Part shown: one piece after another, positions 1 through 13,234 of the stretch
Layout of the letters: each line of letters begins with the position of its first letter
Numbering within the stretch: position 1 is the stretch's first letter
NCBI GenBank assembly: GCA_951406725.2
Contig: OX597822.1
Coordinates: forward strand, 4,216,001-4,280,000
DNA length: 64,000 nucleotides
Direction: 5' to 3'
Origin: Octopus vulgaris
Taxonomy: Eukaryota
Notes under the pieces: model-generated
Told to the model about the DNA's origin: nothing
Seen by the model: the letters and a program-made list of their open reading frames with translations, nothing else
The model's database searches: none
Position numbers and translations under genes: made by a program

Positions 1-97
1 GCATGGCTGCAGTCAAATGACTGAAACAAGCAAAATAATAAAAGAATTTAGCCATATAAAGATGAAGAAGAGATATGTGAACGTCGACTATTTAGGC

Positions 98-741
98 CAG
101 TGGTTCTCAACCATTTTCTTTTTAGGGACCCTTTGATTTCTGTTTCCCTTGGATGGACCCTCATGACCTTTTGATGTTTTTAAAAAAGCCTATTAGATTT
201 TTAATATTAAATGTTATTAGGAATTGTATGAAAGAATTTCTTAAGATATTTTGTGTATTGTTTAAATATTACTAATTTATTGCATATAGGCGCAGGAGTG
301 GCTGTGTGGTAAGTAGCTTGCTTACCAACTACATGGTTCCGGATTCAGTCCCACTGCGTGGCAACTTGGGCAAGTGTCTTCTACTATAGCCTCGGGCCGA
401 CCAAAGCCTTATGAGTGGATTTTTTAAACGGAAACTGAAAGAAGCCCGTCGTATATATGTATATATATGTGTGTGTGTGTGTGTGTGTGCACGCGTGTGT
501 GTGTGTGTGTGTGCGCGCGCGCGTGTGTGTGTGTGTGCGTGTGTATGTGTGTGTATATGCTTGTGTGTCTGTGTTTGTCCCCCCAACATCGCTTGACAAC
601 CGATACTGGTGTGTTTACGTCCCCGTAACTTCGCGGTTCGGCAAAAGAGCCCGATAAAATAAGTACTAGGCTTACAAAGAATAAGTCCTGGGGTCGGTTT
701 TCTCGACTAAGAGCCGGATGGACCATGGTTGAGAGCCACTG
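98..741. mobile_element. hAT/Charlie-like MITE with a nested SINE
   Basis: Terminal inverted repeats CAGTGGTTCTCAACCAT (98-114) and ATGGTTGAGAGCCACTG (725-741), 16/17 match; decayed 8-bp flanks ATTTAGGC / CTTTATGA (5/8). Confidence 0.65.
289..712 (+). mobile_element. tRNA-derived SINE, family A (internal TG/TA microsatellite), 3' end missing
   Basis: Head GGCGCAGGAGTGGCTGTGTGGTAAG with A-box-like and B-box-like (GATTCAGTCCC) motifs, CORE-like CTTGGGCAAGTG; near-identical copies at 24008 and 31396 (minus). Confidence 0.85.
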
Positions 742-1249
742 CTTTATGACCATCTCAGTGTGGGTTACATTAATAACTCGGTGAGACTATTACAGGGTAA
801 ATATTTTCATGTTAGCGTTTAGGAAGACAAAGGTAAATAGAAAGGAAGTTATAGGAAGATGTTATTTGGGGTCGTGAATTTATTAGACTCGAAAGAAGTT
901 AACATTGATAATTCTGCGTTACATGCATGTGTGTGTGTGTTTAAACACACAAACACATGTAAACAAATAGTATAACCTAGGTTATGACTCGGAGGAGTCA
1001 AGTGCAATAGAGAAGGTGAAGCCGAGGTTAACTTTCTGACAGGCCATTACCAAAGAAATTCCACCCGACTACATAAAATGTAACTGCTCACATTTTTTTT
1101 AGAGTATACTTTTTTTATTTTTGTCTTTTTTTTCAGACTCAGACAACTGACCGATTATTTACATGTTTGTTTATGTATGCGTGCGTGTGTGTGTGTGTGT
1201 GTGTGTGTACGCGTGTGTAACTGTGCGAGTATGTGTACGTATGTGTGCA

Positions 1250-1552
1250 GTGAAGTCGCGTGGTTAAGTGGTTAGGATATTCGGTTCAAGATCATTAATT
1301 TGGTGTTCGATACCAAGCGGTGACACTTTATTTCACGTTGCTCCAGTCCACTCAGCTGGCAAGAATGAGTAGTCCCTGTATTTCAAAGGGCCAGGCCTGT
1401 CACATTTTATGCCACGCTGAATCTCCCAAAGAACTACGTTAAGGGCACGCGTGTCTGTGGAGTGTTCAGCCACTTGCACCTTAATTTCACGAGCAGGCTG
1501 TTCCGTTGATCGGATCAACTGGAATCCTCGTCGCCGCAACCGACGGAGTGCC
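1250..1552 (+). mobile_element. SINE, head D + tail N
   Basis: tRNA-like head (TGGTTAAGTGG ... GTTCGATACC); central block shared with 51825-52072; tail shared with 25846-25990. Confidence 0.75.
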
Positions 1553-1628
1553 GGTTATTTATGTATGCATGCGTGTGAATATTTAAGATGTAATGGAATT
1601 GTTAGTGACAACATACCAATAGTGTGGA

Positions 1629-1945
1629 GGCGCAATGGCCCAGTGGTAAGGGCAGCGGACTCGCGGTTGGAGGATCACGGTTTCGATTCCCAGACCGGGC
1701 GTTGTGTGTGTTTATTGAGCGAAAATACTTAAAAGCTCCCACGAGGCTCCGGCATGGGGTGGTGACGACCCCTGTTGTACTCTTTCGCCCCAGGGTTCTC
1801 TCACTCTCTCTCTGTTCCTGTTTCTTGAGTAACGCTGCGATGGACTGGCGTCCCATCCAGCTGGGGGGAACACATACGCCACAGAAACCGGGAAACTGGG
1901 TTCATGAGCCTGGCTAGGCTTGAAAAGAGCGAAGTTTATCGTTTT
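1629..1945 (+). mobile_element. SINE, head C + tail V, with perfect 18-bp target-site duplication
   Basis: A box TGGCCCAGTGG, B box GTTTCGATTCC; ACATACCAATAGTGTGGA at both 1611-1628 and 1946-1963. Confidence 0.9.
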
Positions 1946-2084
1946 ACATACCAATAGTGTGGAAAAACGACTAATGTTTTTACATTTTATGGTACATAGT
2001 TACTAGTAGGAAATATAAGAGAGATAATGTTAATAGATTTTTGTCTCTTCTTGAGTGTCTAAAATAACTCTCCTATAATATATA

Positions 2085-2630
<546 letters not shown>

Positions 2631-2952
2631 CAAGACAGGAGGAGTGTCTGCTTGTATTTTAATAACCTAGAAAGACAAAATAAGATATGAAAACCTGATA
2701 AACCAGAAGTTAATCACGGGAATTGTAAGTTTGCAATCGATGACAGTGGAGAATTCTCTTGGAGATATTTATGTTTCTCAAATTGGCGTTCACTAAACTC
2801 AGATAAGTCTTTACAAGAGATTATCGAAACCGAAATAAAGTATTTCCATTTTAGCCGATGTGATCTCCAGCCTGCTTTACCAACTAACTCTAGATTTTAC
2901 ATTAAATATTATTTGGATGTATCTGATCAGCTTGAGATTATGTTAACAATAA

Positions 2953-3840
2953 GTGCAGAGGTGTTGTGGTGAGGTTAGAAGTTTGTTCCCCCCAACCGTA
3001 CTGTTCCGGGTTCAGTCTTACTGTGTAGCACCTTGCACAGGTATCTTCTATGATAGCCTCGGACTAACCAAAGCATTGAGTGTATTTGGTAGACGGAAAC
3101 AGAAAGAAACCCATCGTGTGTGTGTATATACATATATGTGTGTACATATATATGTGTGTGTATATATACATATATGTGTGTACATATATATGTGTGTACA
3201 TATATATGTGTGTGTGTCATTTTGCGTGTGTGTGTGTAATTTTGTTTGTGTTTGTCTCCCACCAACGCTTGACAACCGGCGCTGGTGTATTTACGTCTCC
3301 GTAACTTTGCGGTCCGGCAAAAATGACTGATAGAATAAGTACTGTCTTTACAAAGAAAATAAGTACCGGATCGATTCATTCAACAAAAATTCTTCAAGGT
3401 CGTGCCCCAGCATCGCCGCAGTCTAATGATTGAAACAAGAAAAAGAAACACAAACAATATAGGCACAGATGTAGCTGTGTGGTAAGAAGATTGCTCCCTC
3501 AACCGCATATTTCCAGGTTCGGTCTCCCTGCGTGGCACCTTGACAAAGTGTCTTCTATTGCTCCGGGTCGACCAAATCCTTGTCAGTGGATTTGAAAGAC
3601 GAAAAGTGAAAGAAACTTGTCGTTCTGTGTGTGTGTGTGTGATTTTTGTTTCTGTCTTCCATATTGATAACCGTCGTTATTTTGTTTACATCCCCGTAAT
3701 TTAACGGTTCGGCAATAAGAGGCCGATAGAATAAGTACCAGATTTAGAAAAAGATAATCACTAGGTTCGATTTTTTGGACTAATCCCGTGAAACTTGTGC
3801 CCCAGCACGGCCGCAGTCTGATGACTGAAACAAGTGAAAA
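2953..3840 (+). mobile_element. Two diverged family-A SINEs head-to-tail (about 2953-3450 and 3461-3840)
   Basis: Each has the family-A head, central TG run and ...CCCCAGCA(T/C)GGCCGCAGTC...TGAAACAAG-type tail. Confidence 0.75.
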
Positions 3841-4282
3841 TTTTAAAAATACGTATCTTCCGTATTCGCACAACTTCCGTAGTCACGCAAATCCCTCCAG
3901 ATACCCCGTTCTGTAAGTCAGGTGGTTTTGTGGCGTTCGGGAAACGGGGTACCTAAACACTGGTGGCTTTCTGGTCAAAATGCTGGGCCCAAGACCATGA
4001 AAACGCTGGGTTATTCGATTCCCGGATCGTGTGTTGCATTACGGCCTTGATCGAGAAACGTCGTCTCATGTTCCATCAGTCGACTCGGTTGGAAACGAGT
4101 AGAAGCCAAATGCTGATGTAGCATTCTCTCCCACTCTTTCTATCTATCTATCTTTCTCACTTTCTCTTTCTTTCTCTCTCTCCCTCTCTCTTTCACATGC
4201 ACACATATTCTATTTGTTTCTCTCACTCTCTCTCTCACACACACTCTCTCTTTCTTTTTATCTCTCTCTCTCACACACACTC

Positions 4283-4335
<53 letters not shown>

Positions 4336-4407
4336 TACACACACCGAAAGGTCACTGTCTGCTCGCGACTACATAAGCACCGAAAATAATTAGCATGTTA
4401 CATATAT

Positions 4408-4644
4408 ATTTCTTTACTACTCACAAAGGGCTAAACATAGAGGGGACAAACAAGGACGGACAAACGGATTAAGTCGATCACATCGACCGCAGTGCGTAAC
4501 TGGTACTTTATTTATCGACCCCGAAAGGATGAAAGGCAAAGTCGACCTCGGCGATATTTGAAACTCAGAACGTAACGGCAGACGAAATACGGCTACGCCT
4601 TTCGCCCGGCGTGGCTAACGTTTCTGCCTGCTCCCCACCGCCTT
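4408..4644 (-). mobile_element. SINE B2 (tRNA-like head, GTCGACTTTGCCTTTCATCC body, Tx1-like tail)
   Basis: Reverse complement matches the full-length copies at 24638 and 53028. Confidence 0.85.
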
Positions 4645-4959
4645 AATAATAGTAATAACATTATGCTTGTGGTTTCTTTTCATAGTTAAGATTGTTTAAA
4701 ATATTTCCTACATACAATGATATATGCTGTAGCAAATAGTTTAAGCAATCGTAACTATGGAAAGATATCAAAGACTGTGCATCTATAATCTTTCAAGAGA
4801 TTTTCAATAATTCTAATAACACGGTGACAAAGGGAAGACTTAGAACAGTGAAACAATATTCTTCACAGGCAATTGTATGTAGCTTTATCTATAATGAGTT
4901 TTGTCTTGAAGCATCAATAGAAATAATAAATAACATTTCTCGAGGTAGATGACAAAGAA

Positions 4960-5379
4960 GGATCTTTTCGGTTTGAACGGCAGTTTTTTCTAGCGGTGTT
5001 ATATGAAATTGTCACCCATAATTATGACCCTAGAATCGATCTATTGCATTTCAATTTCTTTTAGGGTTAGGGTTAGAGTTAGGGGTGGGGGAAGGGTATA
5101 TTTTTTCTTCACAAATGTAAATAAACCCAATCTGTTTCTTAAACGAGGGACATATTCATACGGCACAGAATGCTTTTTAACTCAATAGACGTCACTGATT
5201 GGTTGAAATTGCAGAAATTGAAGAAAAAAACAACAAATATCGTACAAACTATAGAAGTTTTTCAATAAAGCCAAGAGAAAAAGATGTTTTATAAACACAT
5301 TCTACCAGTATACGAAGTTTTAAATGTTTTAGTTACCTAGAAATTATGTTAAAAACTGCCGTTCAAACCGAAAAGATCC
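4960..5379. mobile_element. MITE with 29-bp TIRs and internal TTAGGG repeats (copy 1)
   Basis: GGATCTTTTCGGTTTGAACGGCAGTTTTT ... AAAAACTGCCGTTCAAACCGAAAAGATCC; second copy at 16703. Confidence 0.9.
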
Positions 5380-5935
5380 CATGATTCCCCATAAGCATCC
5401 AACAGTTTTAAATAACCGTGAAATATCTACAGGTTCTGCCACTTCAGTTAATACTATTTAGGAATTACATATTGGAAACAAACATAAAACGGCGTATTCA
5501 GCGAGAAGAAACAAATATGTTAACAGTAAAGGGTGGAGAACTGAGCTAAAATACTCTATAATATTTGATCGTATCCCTTTGCGTTCTGAGTTCAAGACTC
5601 ACTGTAGTTATTTGTATTTGCATATCTGCCATCACTTGATTAATTAAACACCATTAATCTTCATGGTTCGTTTTAATTGATTATACCTTTTAAGACGTTA
5701 GACTTAGTCCATGACCCGCTTTAACACCACTACCTGGTCCTTGAGTGTCTTTAGCAGAGTGCACTCCCTTGCAAGCATTCAGCACAATTCGCCTGGTTAC
5801 GAATACCTTCCTCCAATTATTACACCAGTTTCAATGGTCCAGTAAATGGTGATGGGCACGCCCTTTCTTCCTCACTAAACAAATTAAATAACGACTTCAC
5901 TATGAAACTTTGTGTCAATATAAGAAAAAAAACAT

Positions 5936-6000
5936 AAAGCGGCGATCTGACAGAATCGTTAGCAGACCAGGCAAAATGCTCAGCGTTATTTCCTTCATCT
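5936..6000 (+). mobile_element. 5' head of a B-family SINE split by a LINE insertion
   Basis: AAAGCGGCGATCTGACAGAATCGTTAGCAGACCAGGCAAAATGCTCAGCGTTATTTC aligns to the intact head AAGGCGGCGAGCTGGCAGAAACGTTAGCACGCCGGGCGAAATGCTTAGCAGTATTTC (10218). Confidence 0.8.
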
Positions 6001-6391
6001 CTTTTGTTTCTTACGCGTCACACTTGTGTTCGTGGTGAAAATTACTGTTTCTTGGTGTTAATATTGCTAATAAATGTTGTTTCTAATAATTGCTGTTTCT
6101 TGTTAAATTGTTGAATTTCTTAACCGTTGGAGTTTTCATTTGAAAATACTAAGTGCCTGTAGAAAGCATTCCTCCGTTGAAGGGAAGAATGTCGTCTTGT
6201 GAGGAGCCCACCGTTGGAACAGAAATGTTTGTTTCTCCTGTTGAAAGGAAAAATTACATGTTTTCTGGCGAGGAGCCAACTACGAACAAAGAAATAATGG
6301 ATTCCCCCGTTGCAAAAGAATGACAAAATGTATGAGTTATTTGGAGATGTCTGAAAGTTCATCAGAACTTTTACTAGAATAATTCCCGAGT

Positions 6392-7678
6392 TTGCCAAAA
6401 AACAAAGGTATTGTGTCCAAAAGAGTAACTGATGCACCTAGCATCCAAACTGAACAACCGAAAAAAGAAAAAAAATGTTTTGCGTTGGCAGCTGGGGGTG
6501 GAACCCGGCTGCTTTCGACGAATAAGTGTGATTTCATGAAATACAGTGAAATGATGCAAATAAATGATAACGTGGTTAAAATTCAACCAGCAGAGAAATT
6601 ACTATTAGAAGAGAAACGGAAAACGATAATTTTCAAAACTTACTGTTTTCAAAAAAGAAAAATTGAGAAAATTACAGAAGAGAAGATAGAGAAGTGCCTG
6701 AAGCCAATCTGGAGCGACGTGGTTTATCTGACAAGAGGCAAGAAATTCGGAACGGTGGAAGTAAGGTTTACCAACAAAGAAATTGCATAGAAACATTCAG
6801 TAGAATCGCTGATCCCCACCTATATGAGGATGAGAACATCCAGGATTAAAATCACAAGGGTCCCACCGGAAGTGGATCCTATGTGGTTGTTGGCGGCAGT
6901 CCTAATCAAACAGGAAGAGAAAATGACTCTCCTCCAGGTTGCCGCTACCGAAAACGCTAACTGGACTGGTCAAACAGTTAGTCTCCTCATTCAGACTGAC
7001 CCTAAAATAATTGAAGCAATTCCCGAGACAATTGAGATAGGGGAAGAGACCCTCATGGTATTTGTTGAGGGCCGAATGTTTTTTATGTGGTCAATTAGGC
7101 CACATTCGAAGTAACTGCAAGGAAAATGAGGAAGAGGAGAAAGAGGAGAAAAATGAAAAGGAGGAAGAAGAAAAAGAAGAAAAAGATGAGAAGAAAACAA
7201 AAAACAAAAGGAAAATACAATCAACAACTCAACCGAGAGCGGCGTCTACTACTGAACAACGACCAAAAAAGACTGCCAGAAGAGAAAAAGAGGAAAAAGG
7301 CAAAATAGCCGTATACACTAAAGATACTGAGAGACATTCACTTGATTAAACTGCAAAAAAATAAATAGCCCTTCGGAGAAATTTACCAATTATGACGTGT
7401 ATGAAGTCTCAAATAAGACTCATAGAATTTTACAGAACAAATACCGTAAGACAGTATCATCAATGAGATTGGACTTTAATAATTCTATATTTCATGGATT
7501 ACCAGCCCCGATCCCGCGAGAAAAGGAAAAGGTGGAGACTCCCCCTCCACCTGATAATTCTGTGTCGATAATGAGATGGGATTTTAACAATCTATTTCCC
7601 AAGACCGGCCACCTCCGACCCTGTATCAAGAAAAGGTGGAGGGATCCTCTTCACCGCACAGTCCTGATTAACAGGTAA
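6392..7678 (+). pseudogene. Disrupted LINE ORF1 (gag-like, zinc knuckle)
   Basis: Fragments 6392-6790, 6824-7114, 7062-7349, 7397-7678; CFLCGQLGHIRSNC (C-X2-C-X4-H-X4-C) at 7077-7118. Confidence 0.8.
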
Positions 7679-7681
7679 ATC

Positions 7682-8920
7682 ATGTCTATTCACATTGGTT
7701 GTGTAAATGTTCGTGGCCTGATATGGAGTTGGAAGCAAGGGCGCTTCCTAAATGACATCAGGTCGAGAAATTTGGATATAATTGTTGCAACAGAAACCCG
7801 GGTGAAGGGGCCAAGAGATCTGATCCCCCTCCTGAACGGCTACGAGAAATACGTTTCTCCGAGTCGGGCGGGAGGTGGGGTGGGGTGTTGGTCCTACTAA
7901 AAAGAAACCGGGTAGCCGAGAAAAAGTTGTTTTTTTTCTGACCCAGAATGCAGGTTGGTCGTTCTTGACCTGACATTCAGTTGTGGCAAGATAATCAAGC
8001 TAGTTGCTATTTATGCACCCAAAATTATGGGCCCGCAAAGTGAATATTTTCGTGACCTGGGCAAGTTCCTAGCCACGTCGCATTCGCTAGTATTGCTAGG
8101 AGACTTTAATACAATATGTGAAGCACATACAGATTGTAACCCAGGCTTACGGGATCTGCTAAGTCAATTTCAGCTTGCCGATCCATATAGGTTGGAACAC
8201 CCGAACACTCCACAGTGGACGTGATCAAATAGTGACAGGTCTTCCAGAATATATCTAGATAGGATTTTAATTAAAGAAACAGATAAGTCCATAGCCGAGT
8301 GTCCACAGTTTTTTCTGGTCTGCTACACTGACCACAAGATGGTTACTTGTAACCTGACGGTAGATAAGTTGCATAGTCAGGGATCTGGCTACTGGAAACT
8401 CAATACGTCCCTTTTGGCGACTGAGGAGTACAGAAAACGGATCAAGATGTTAATATAGAGGGCATTAACAGGTACCATCATTAATAACAAATGGTGGTAC
8501 ACCCTAAAAAAAGCCATCAAATATGAGTCTATTAGGTTTAGCATAAGTTTAGCTAAGAAGGGGCGTAGAATAGGAGATGGTCTAGTTAAGGAACTAGAAG
8601 AAGCCTGGAGGACTGGTAATGCGAGGGTGAAAACTGGAGTTAAACCAGCATCTTGAAGCCTAACACATGGGAAGTATTGCCAATGCTAAGTTACGTGCAA
8701 TGGGAAGTGAATGAATCAAGGCTGCTGGATGGGCCCGGGTGGTGGAAGCTCGGCAAAGAAATAGTTCCACTATTCAGTCTTTGACGAATCAAAATGGTGT
8801 CTTGGTAAACGAACCCGAGAACATATGTGAGGCCTTTCGGGAGCTATTCGGGGGTGACGCTGCCTTGGTGGTGGGAAAGCCCTCGAGGACTTTCATGCCG
8901 GGTTGCCGTGTCTCTCGGCA
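7682..8920 (+). pseudogene. Disrupted LINE ORF2 N-terminus (AP-like endonuclease), truncated before RT
   Basis: Motifs GCVNVRGL, IIVATET, LVAIYAP, LVLLGDFN, YLDRIL, TDHKMV and GSGYWKLNTSLL across frameshifts and stops. Confidence 0.9.
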
Positions 8921-8997
8921 AGTCACATTATATGTAAAATCATAACGCTTTACTGATCTCATGAGTTGTTCTGTGCATTGTGGGCAATAAAGAAATT

Positions 8998-9163
8998 GGT
9001 ATTTCGTCCGTCTTTATATTCTGAGTTCAAATTCCGCCAAGATCGACTTTGCCTTTCATCCTTTCGAGGTCCATACAATAAGTACCAACTGAAAGCTGAG
9101 ATCGATGTAATCAGCTTATCTCCCCTGAAATTAATGGTTATGTACCAAAATTTGAAATCAATA
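8998..9163 (+). mobile_element. 3' remainder of the split B1 SINE
   Basis: Starts GGTATTTCGTCCGTCTTTATATTCTGAGTTCAAATTCCGCC, exactly where the 5936-6000 head stops. Confidence 0.8.
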
Positions 9164-10217
9164 TGAGAAAAACCAAAATGATGCCGCAGGAAACAAGGGC
9201 AGCAAAATGCTGAAAGCGATAAAGCACTGAACTAAATGCCGCCTGATGTTCTTTTTTTCTCTAGGTGCTGAGTTCGAATCCCGCTGATGTTGGCATAAAA
9301 TAGTTATTATATATGTATTGTGAAATTATTCAGTCGAGTAGAGTACTTTTCTACAAATAGCTCTGCACTGTTGGTAAAACCAATAGTTTACTGAAATAAA
9401 CTGAAGCCGTTTGATATTAACGAAGTAGTGGAGAACAATGCTTCTACACAGAACAAATGTCTAAGACATTTGTTCTGTGCCAATAAACAGTCGGTTTTAC
9501 GCCAGCGAAATACCGACAGTCACTTGGTGCCAATGAAATGTCAACAATCTACTTGAGAAGAAGAAAAAGCCACCAGTTTCATGGCGGCAATAAAACGTCC
9601 ACAATTATTCGATGCCAACAATCGAGAGATATTCGATCCATTCCAACGAAATACCGCTCGACGGCAGGCGTTCAGTCCTGCGTACACACAACCAGTTAGA
9701 ATGGCAACGCACAACCAGTTATCTCGGTGCTATTTGTTCACTCCTAAACAAACATTACAGAAGCCACGGTATGTCTGGAGTTTAGTTTACTGTGGATTTA
9801 TGAAAATAGACAATACATAGCTATTACACATGACCAACAAATAAGGACAGAATGTCTGTGTACTAGCGGTTTCCGACATTAGATAATCTCTTATAACGAC
9901 CATGAACTAAAGTACGGACCACGTCCTGCCACTCGGCCCCCTAAAAAGACCAGTTGAATCTCCCTGAAATTGAATTCTACCATTTAAATATTAGGGAAAA
10001 GATGGGGACAATTGATAATGTAGGACCAGTTTCATTTTCTTTCGTTCTTTTTTCTTCTTTCTCTTCCTTTTTTCTGGATGTGGAGAAAGGAATAACACCA
10101 GCGTCCTTTGGCAGGTCTGCAGCATAGTTAAAGCAGTCATAGCTGCAGCAATGATTTATAAATCGGTTTAATTAGAGCTGACCTGTGACTAAGTAACAAC
10201 AATAATTGAAGCAAGGT

Positions 10218-10620
10218 AAGGCGGCGAGCTGGCAGAAACGTTAGCACGCCGGGCGAAATGCTTAGCAGTATTTCGTCTGCCGCTACGTTCTGAGTTCAAA
10301 TTCCGCCGAGGTCGACTTTGCCTTTCATCCTTTCAGGGTCAATAAATAAAGTACCAGTAATGCACTGGGGTCGATATAATCGACTTAATCCGTTTGTCTG
10401 TCCTTGTTTGTCCCCTCTATGTTTAGCCACTTGTGGGTATTAAAGAAATAGGTATTTCGTCTGCCCCTACGTTCTGAGTTCAAATTCCGCCAAGGTCGAC
10501 TTTGCCTTTCATCCTTTCGGGGTCGATAAACTAAGTACCAGTTGCATACTGGGGTCGATCTAATCAACTGGCCCCCTCTCTCAAAATTTCAGGCCTTGTG
10601 CCTGGAGTAGAAAAGAATAA
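10218..10620 (+). mobile_element. SINE dimer B2-B1
   Basis: Head+body+B2 tail, junction AAAGAAATA|GGTATTTCGTC at 10450/10451, second body with GGCCTTGTGCC tail. Confidence 0.85.
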
Positions 10621-11144
10621 TTAAAGAAAGGTATATATATTTCAAAACCGAATGATATTAATTTGTGTGTGTGTGTGTGTGTGTGTGAATAACACACATA
10701 CACACACACATATGCTCATACCCACACTACTACACTCACACACATGCGTCCAGACACATATACACGCATACCCAATCAATGCCTCATTCACTCCCCCTCT
10801 TTCTCTCTCTTTCTCACAGATACATACACTCACATATTCACACAAACACGCACACATACGCATACACCTATTCGTACACTCACAAACACACAGGGGAGCA
10901 GACATTCACTCACACACATTCACACATACACGTACGACAGAACAACAAACACGGATCCTCTATAGAATGAACCACACAACTTACCAAGACCCCCCCCTAT
11001 TAGCGTACATGGATCTTAACCACATGGATTCGGGTTCAGTCCCACTGCGTAGCACCTTGGCCAAGTGTAGTCCATTCTAGCCTCTTGGCGACTAAACCCT
11101 CTGAGCAAATTTCTTCAACGCCGTTCTATACAAATATATTCTTT

Positions 11145-11325
11145 TATTCTTTTATTGGTTTCAGTCATTTGACTGCGACCATGCTGCAGCACTGCCTTAA
11201 AGGTTTTTTTAGTCGAAGAAATCGACCCCAGGACTTAGTCTTACCCTTTTTAAGCCTAGTATTAATTCTATTAATGTCTTTTGCCGAACCGCTAAGTTAC
11301 GTGGAAGTAAACACAATACCGGTTG
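11145..11325 (-). mobile_element. Family-A SINE 3' fragment
   Basis: TTTCAGTCATTTGACTGCGACCATGCTGCAGCAC...TTTTGCCGAACCGCTAAGTTACG. Confidence 0.75.
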
Positions 11326-11327
11326 CC

Positions 11328-11648
11328 AAATTCCGCCGAGGTCGACTTTGCCTTTCATCCTTTAGCAGTCGATAAATTAAGTACCAGTTACGCACTGGGG
11401 TTGATATAATCGACTTAATCCGTGTGTCTGTCCTTGTTTGTCCCCTCTATGTTTAGCTCCTTGTGGGTAGTAAAGAAATAGGTATTTCGTCTGCCGCTAC
11501 GTTCTGCACTCAAATTCCACCGATGTCGACTTTGCCTTTCATCCTTTCGGAGTCGATTAAATAAGTACCAGTTGCGTACTGGAGTCGATATAACCGACTG
11601 GCCCCTTCACCAAACATTTCGGGCTTTGTGCCTAGAGTAGAAAACAAT
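11328..11648 (+). mobile_element. 5'-truncated SINE dimer B2-B1
   Basis: Junction AAAGAAATA|GGTATTTCGTC at 11480/11481. Confidence 0.85.
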
Positions 11649-11861
11649 ATATATTTATATATGTACAGAAATAATAATCTGTAATGTGTTTTCGTTCGCA
11701 GTCACGCAGGAAGTAGGAGATTGATAAGAGGAAGGAGTGTGTAACGGTCGGTGACGTTAAATGAAACTGAGAGAAGAGAAAAAAGTACATAGATACATCC
11801 ATATATATATATATAGCCTTTCAGTTTCATTTAACGTCACCGATTGTAGTACACAAACACA

Positions 11862-11895
<34 letters not shown>

Positions 11896-12008
11896 TACGC
11901 AGAAACACATACATATATACATGCATATATATAATTATAGCGAATGTATTTGAAACAAAATATCATCGATTGTCAATTTGATTTAGCTTTAAATTCAAAT
12001 ACATACAT

Positions 12009-12082
<74 letters not shown>

Positions 12083-13234
12083 ACATACATACATACGTCC
12101 ATACATACATACATGCATGAATATTTTCATCTACACATGTAGATGTATGTATATATGTATGTATGTATAAGCACTAAACTTTGGTATTCAATTTATTTTC
12201 TTTCAGATTCCATTTATAAATAAATCATTCGGGCTTTCTATATTAATCAAGTAAGTTTAATTTCCATTGTATTGACCACAGAAACTCATAGACACGCATA
12301 CACACGCACAGACTTTTATACGTTTACGAGTATATGTATGATTTGCGTGTTATACATACATATACATACACACACGCACACACGCATTTCTTAATTACAC
12401 AGTCATGCGCGTGCATTGTAATATAATAAACCGATAATCTGTCCCTGAATTGAGTTTATCAAAGGAATTTTTAAAATAGCACAAAAACCCCCTATTTGCG
12501 TTTACAGAAGGGGTTACATCACCAGAGGAAGTTTTATCTGCTGATTACTTGGGTAATCTGAGTTGATCCTACGAGTTTTTCAGTTTACAATACTACATAA
12601 AGTAAAATCCTCACATATTTGCATTTTGCATGCTCACTTCTCCCTGGACCTGTTTTTCTCCGCCATATTGTTGAAAGTCAATCTGAACAGAAAGTTGCCA
12701 TTTACTGAAAACAGAACCTCTATGTATCGCTCGACCTGTTGGACATAGAAGTGAAATATCCCTCGAATACCATAAACAATTCTCTTGGAAGATAACATGT
12801 TGGATAATGTATCTATATTGTATTTGATGTTATCGTTCTCCTAGCCAGTGAATGTTCGGTGGAATCGTAAGTTGTGCAACAAGTCAATAATAAACGAATT
12901 TTTGAATTCATAAGTCACGATTGACGCCGATGTAGGGAAAAATATCAAATTCCACAATCTAGAAGGTTCTGCAAAGGCGATAACAACTACCTTCCTCTTT
13001 GACTTAAAAACAAAGATTATTACTAATAATATCATAAATATATATCAATGTGTTCTTGCGCAGGCGTATCAACGTGTGTATGTGTGAGTGTTTAACTGCA
13101 AATATGCTTCGACCTTCATATTAATGATTGTAAATGCTTTTATACACATACATATAGAAATACATATTTATGTATGTATGACTGTATGTATGTATTATGT
13201 GTAAATGTATAGACGCACAAACACATATACATAT

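Larger units (their letters stand above)
6001..8997 (+). mobile_element. Tx1/L1-like non-LTR retrotransposon, 5'-intact, RT internally deleted, 3' tail retained
   Basis: Repetitive 5' UTR; ORF1 with CCHC knuckle; ORF2 AP-endonuclease motifs; ends in TGTGGGCAATAAAGAAATT. Confidence 0.85.

Noticed and set aside
1629-1697. tRNA-like heads of SINEs as tRNA genes
   Set aside because: No complete cloverleaf or acceptor stem; they continue into SINE bodies and occur as dispersed copies
5061-5098. TTAGGG repeats as a true telomere or fusion site
   Set aside because: Only 3-4 units and they lie inside a multi-copy MITE
9420-9830. ORF 9581-9820 and nearby complex sequence
   Set aside because: No motif I can assign on either strand; probably an old repeat fragment
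10218-11648. Repeated 150-190 bp units as a CRISPR-like or satellite array
   Set aside because: Units are SINE bodies without unique spacers; eukaryotic context with no cas genes
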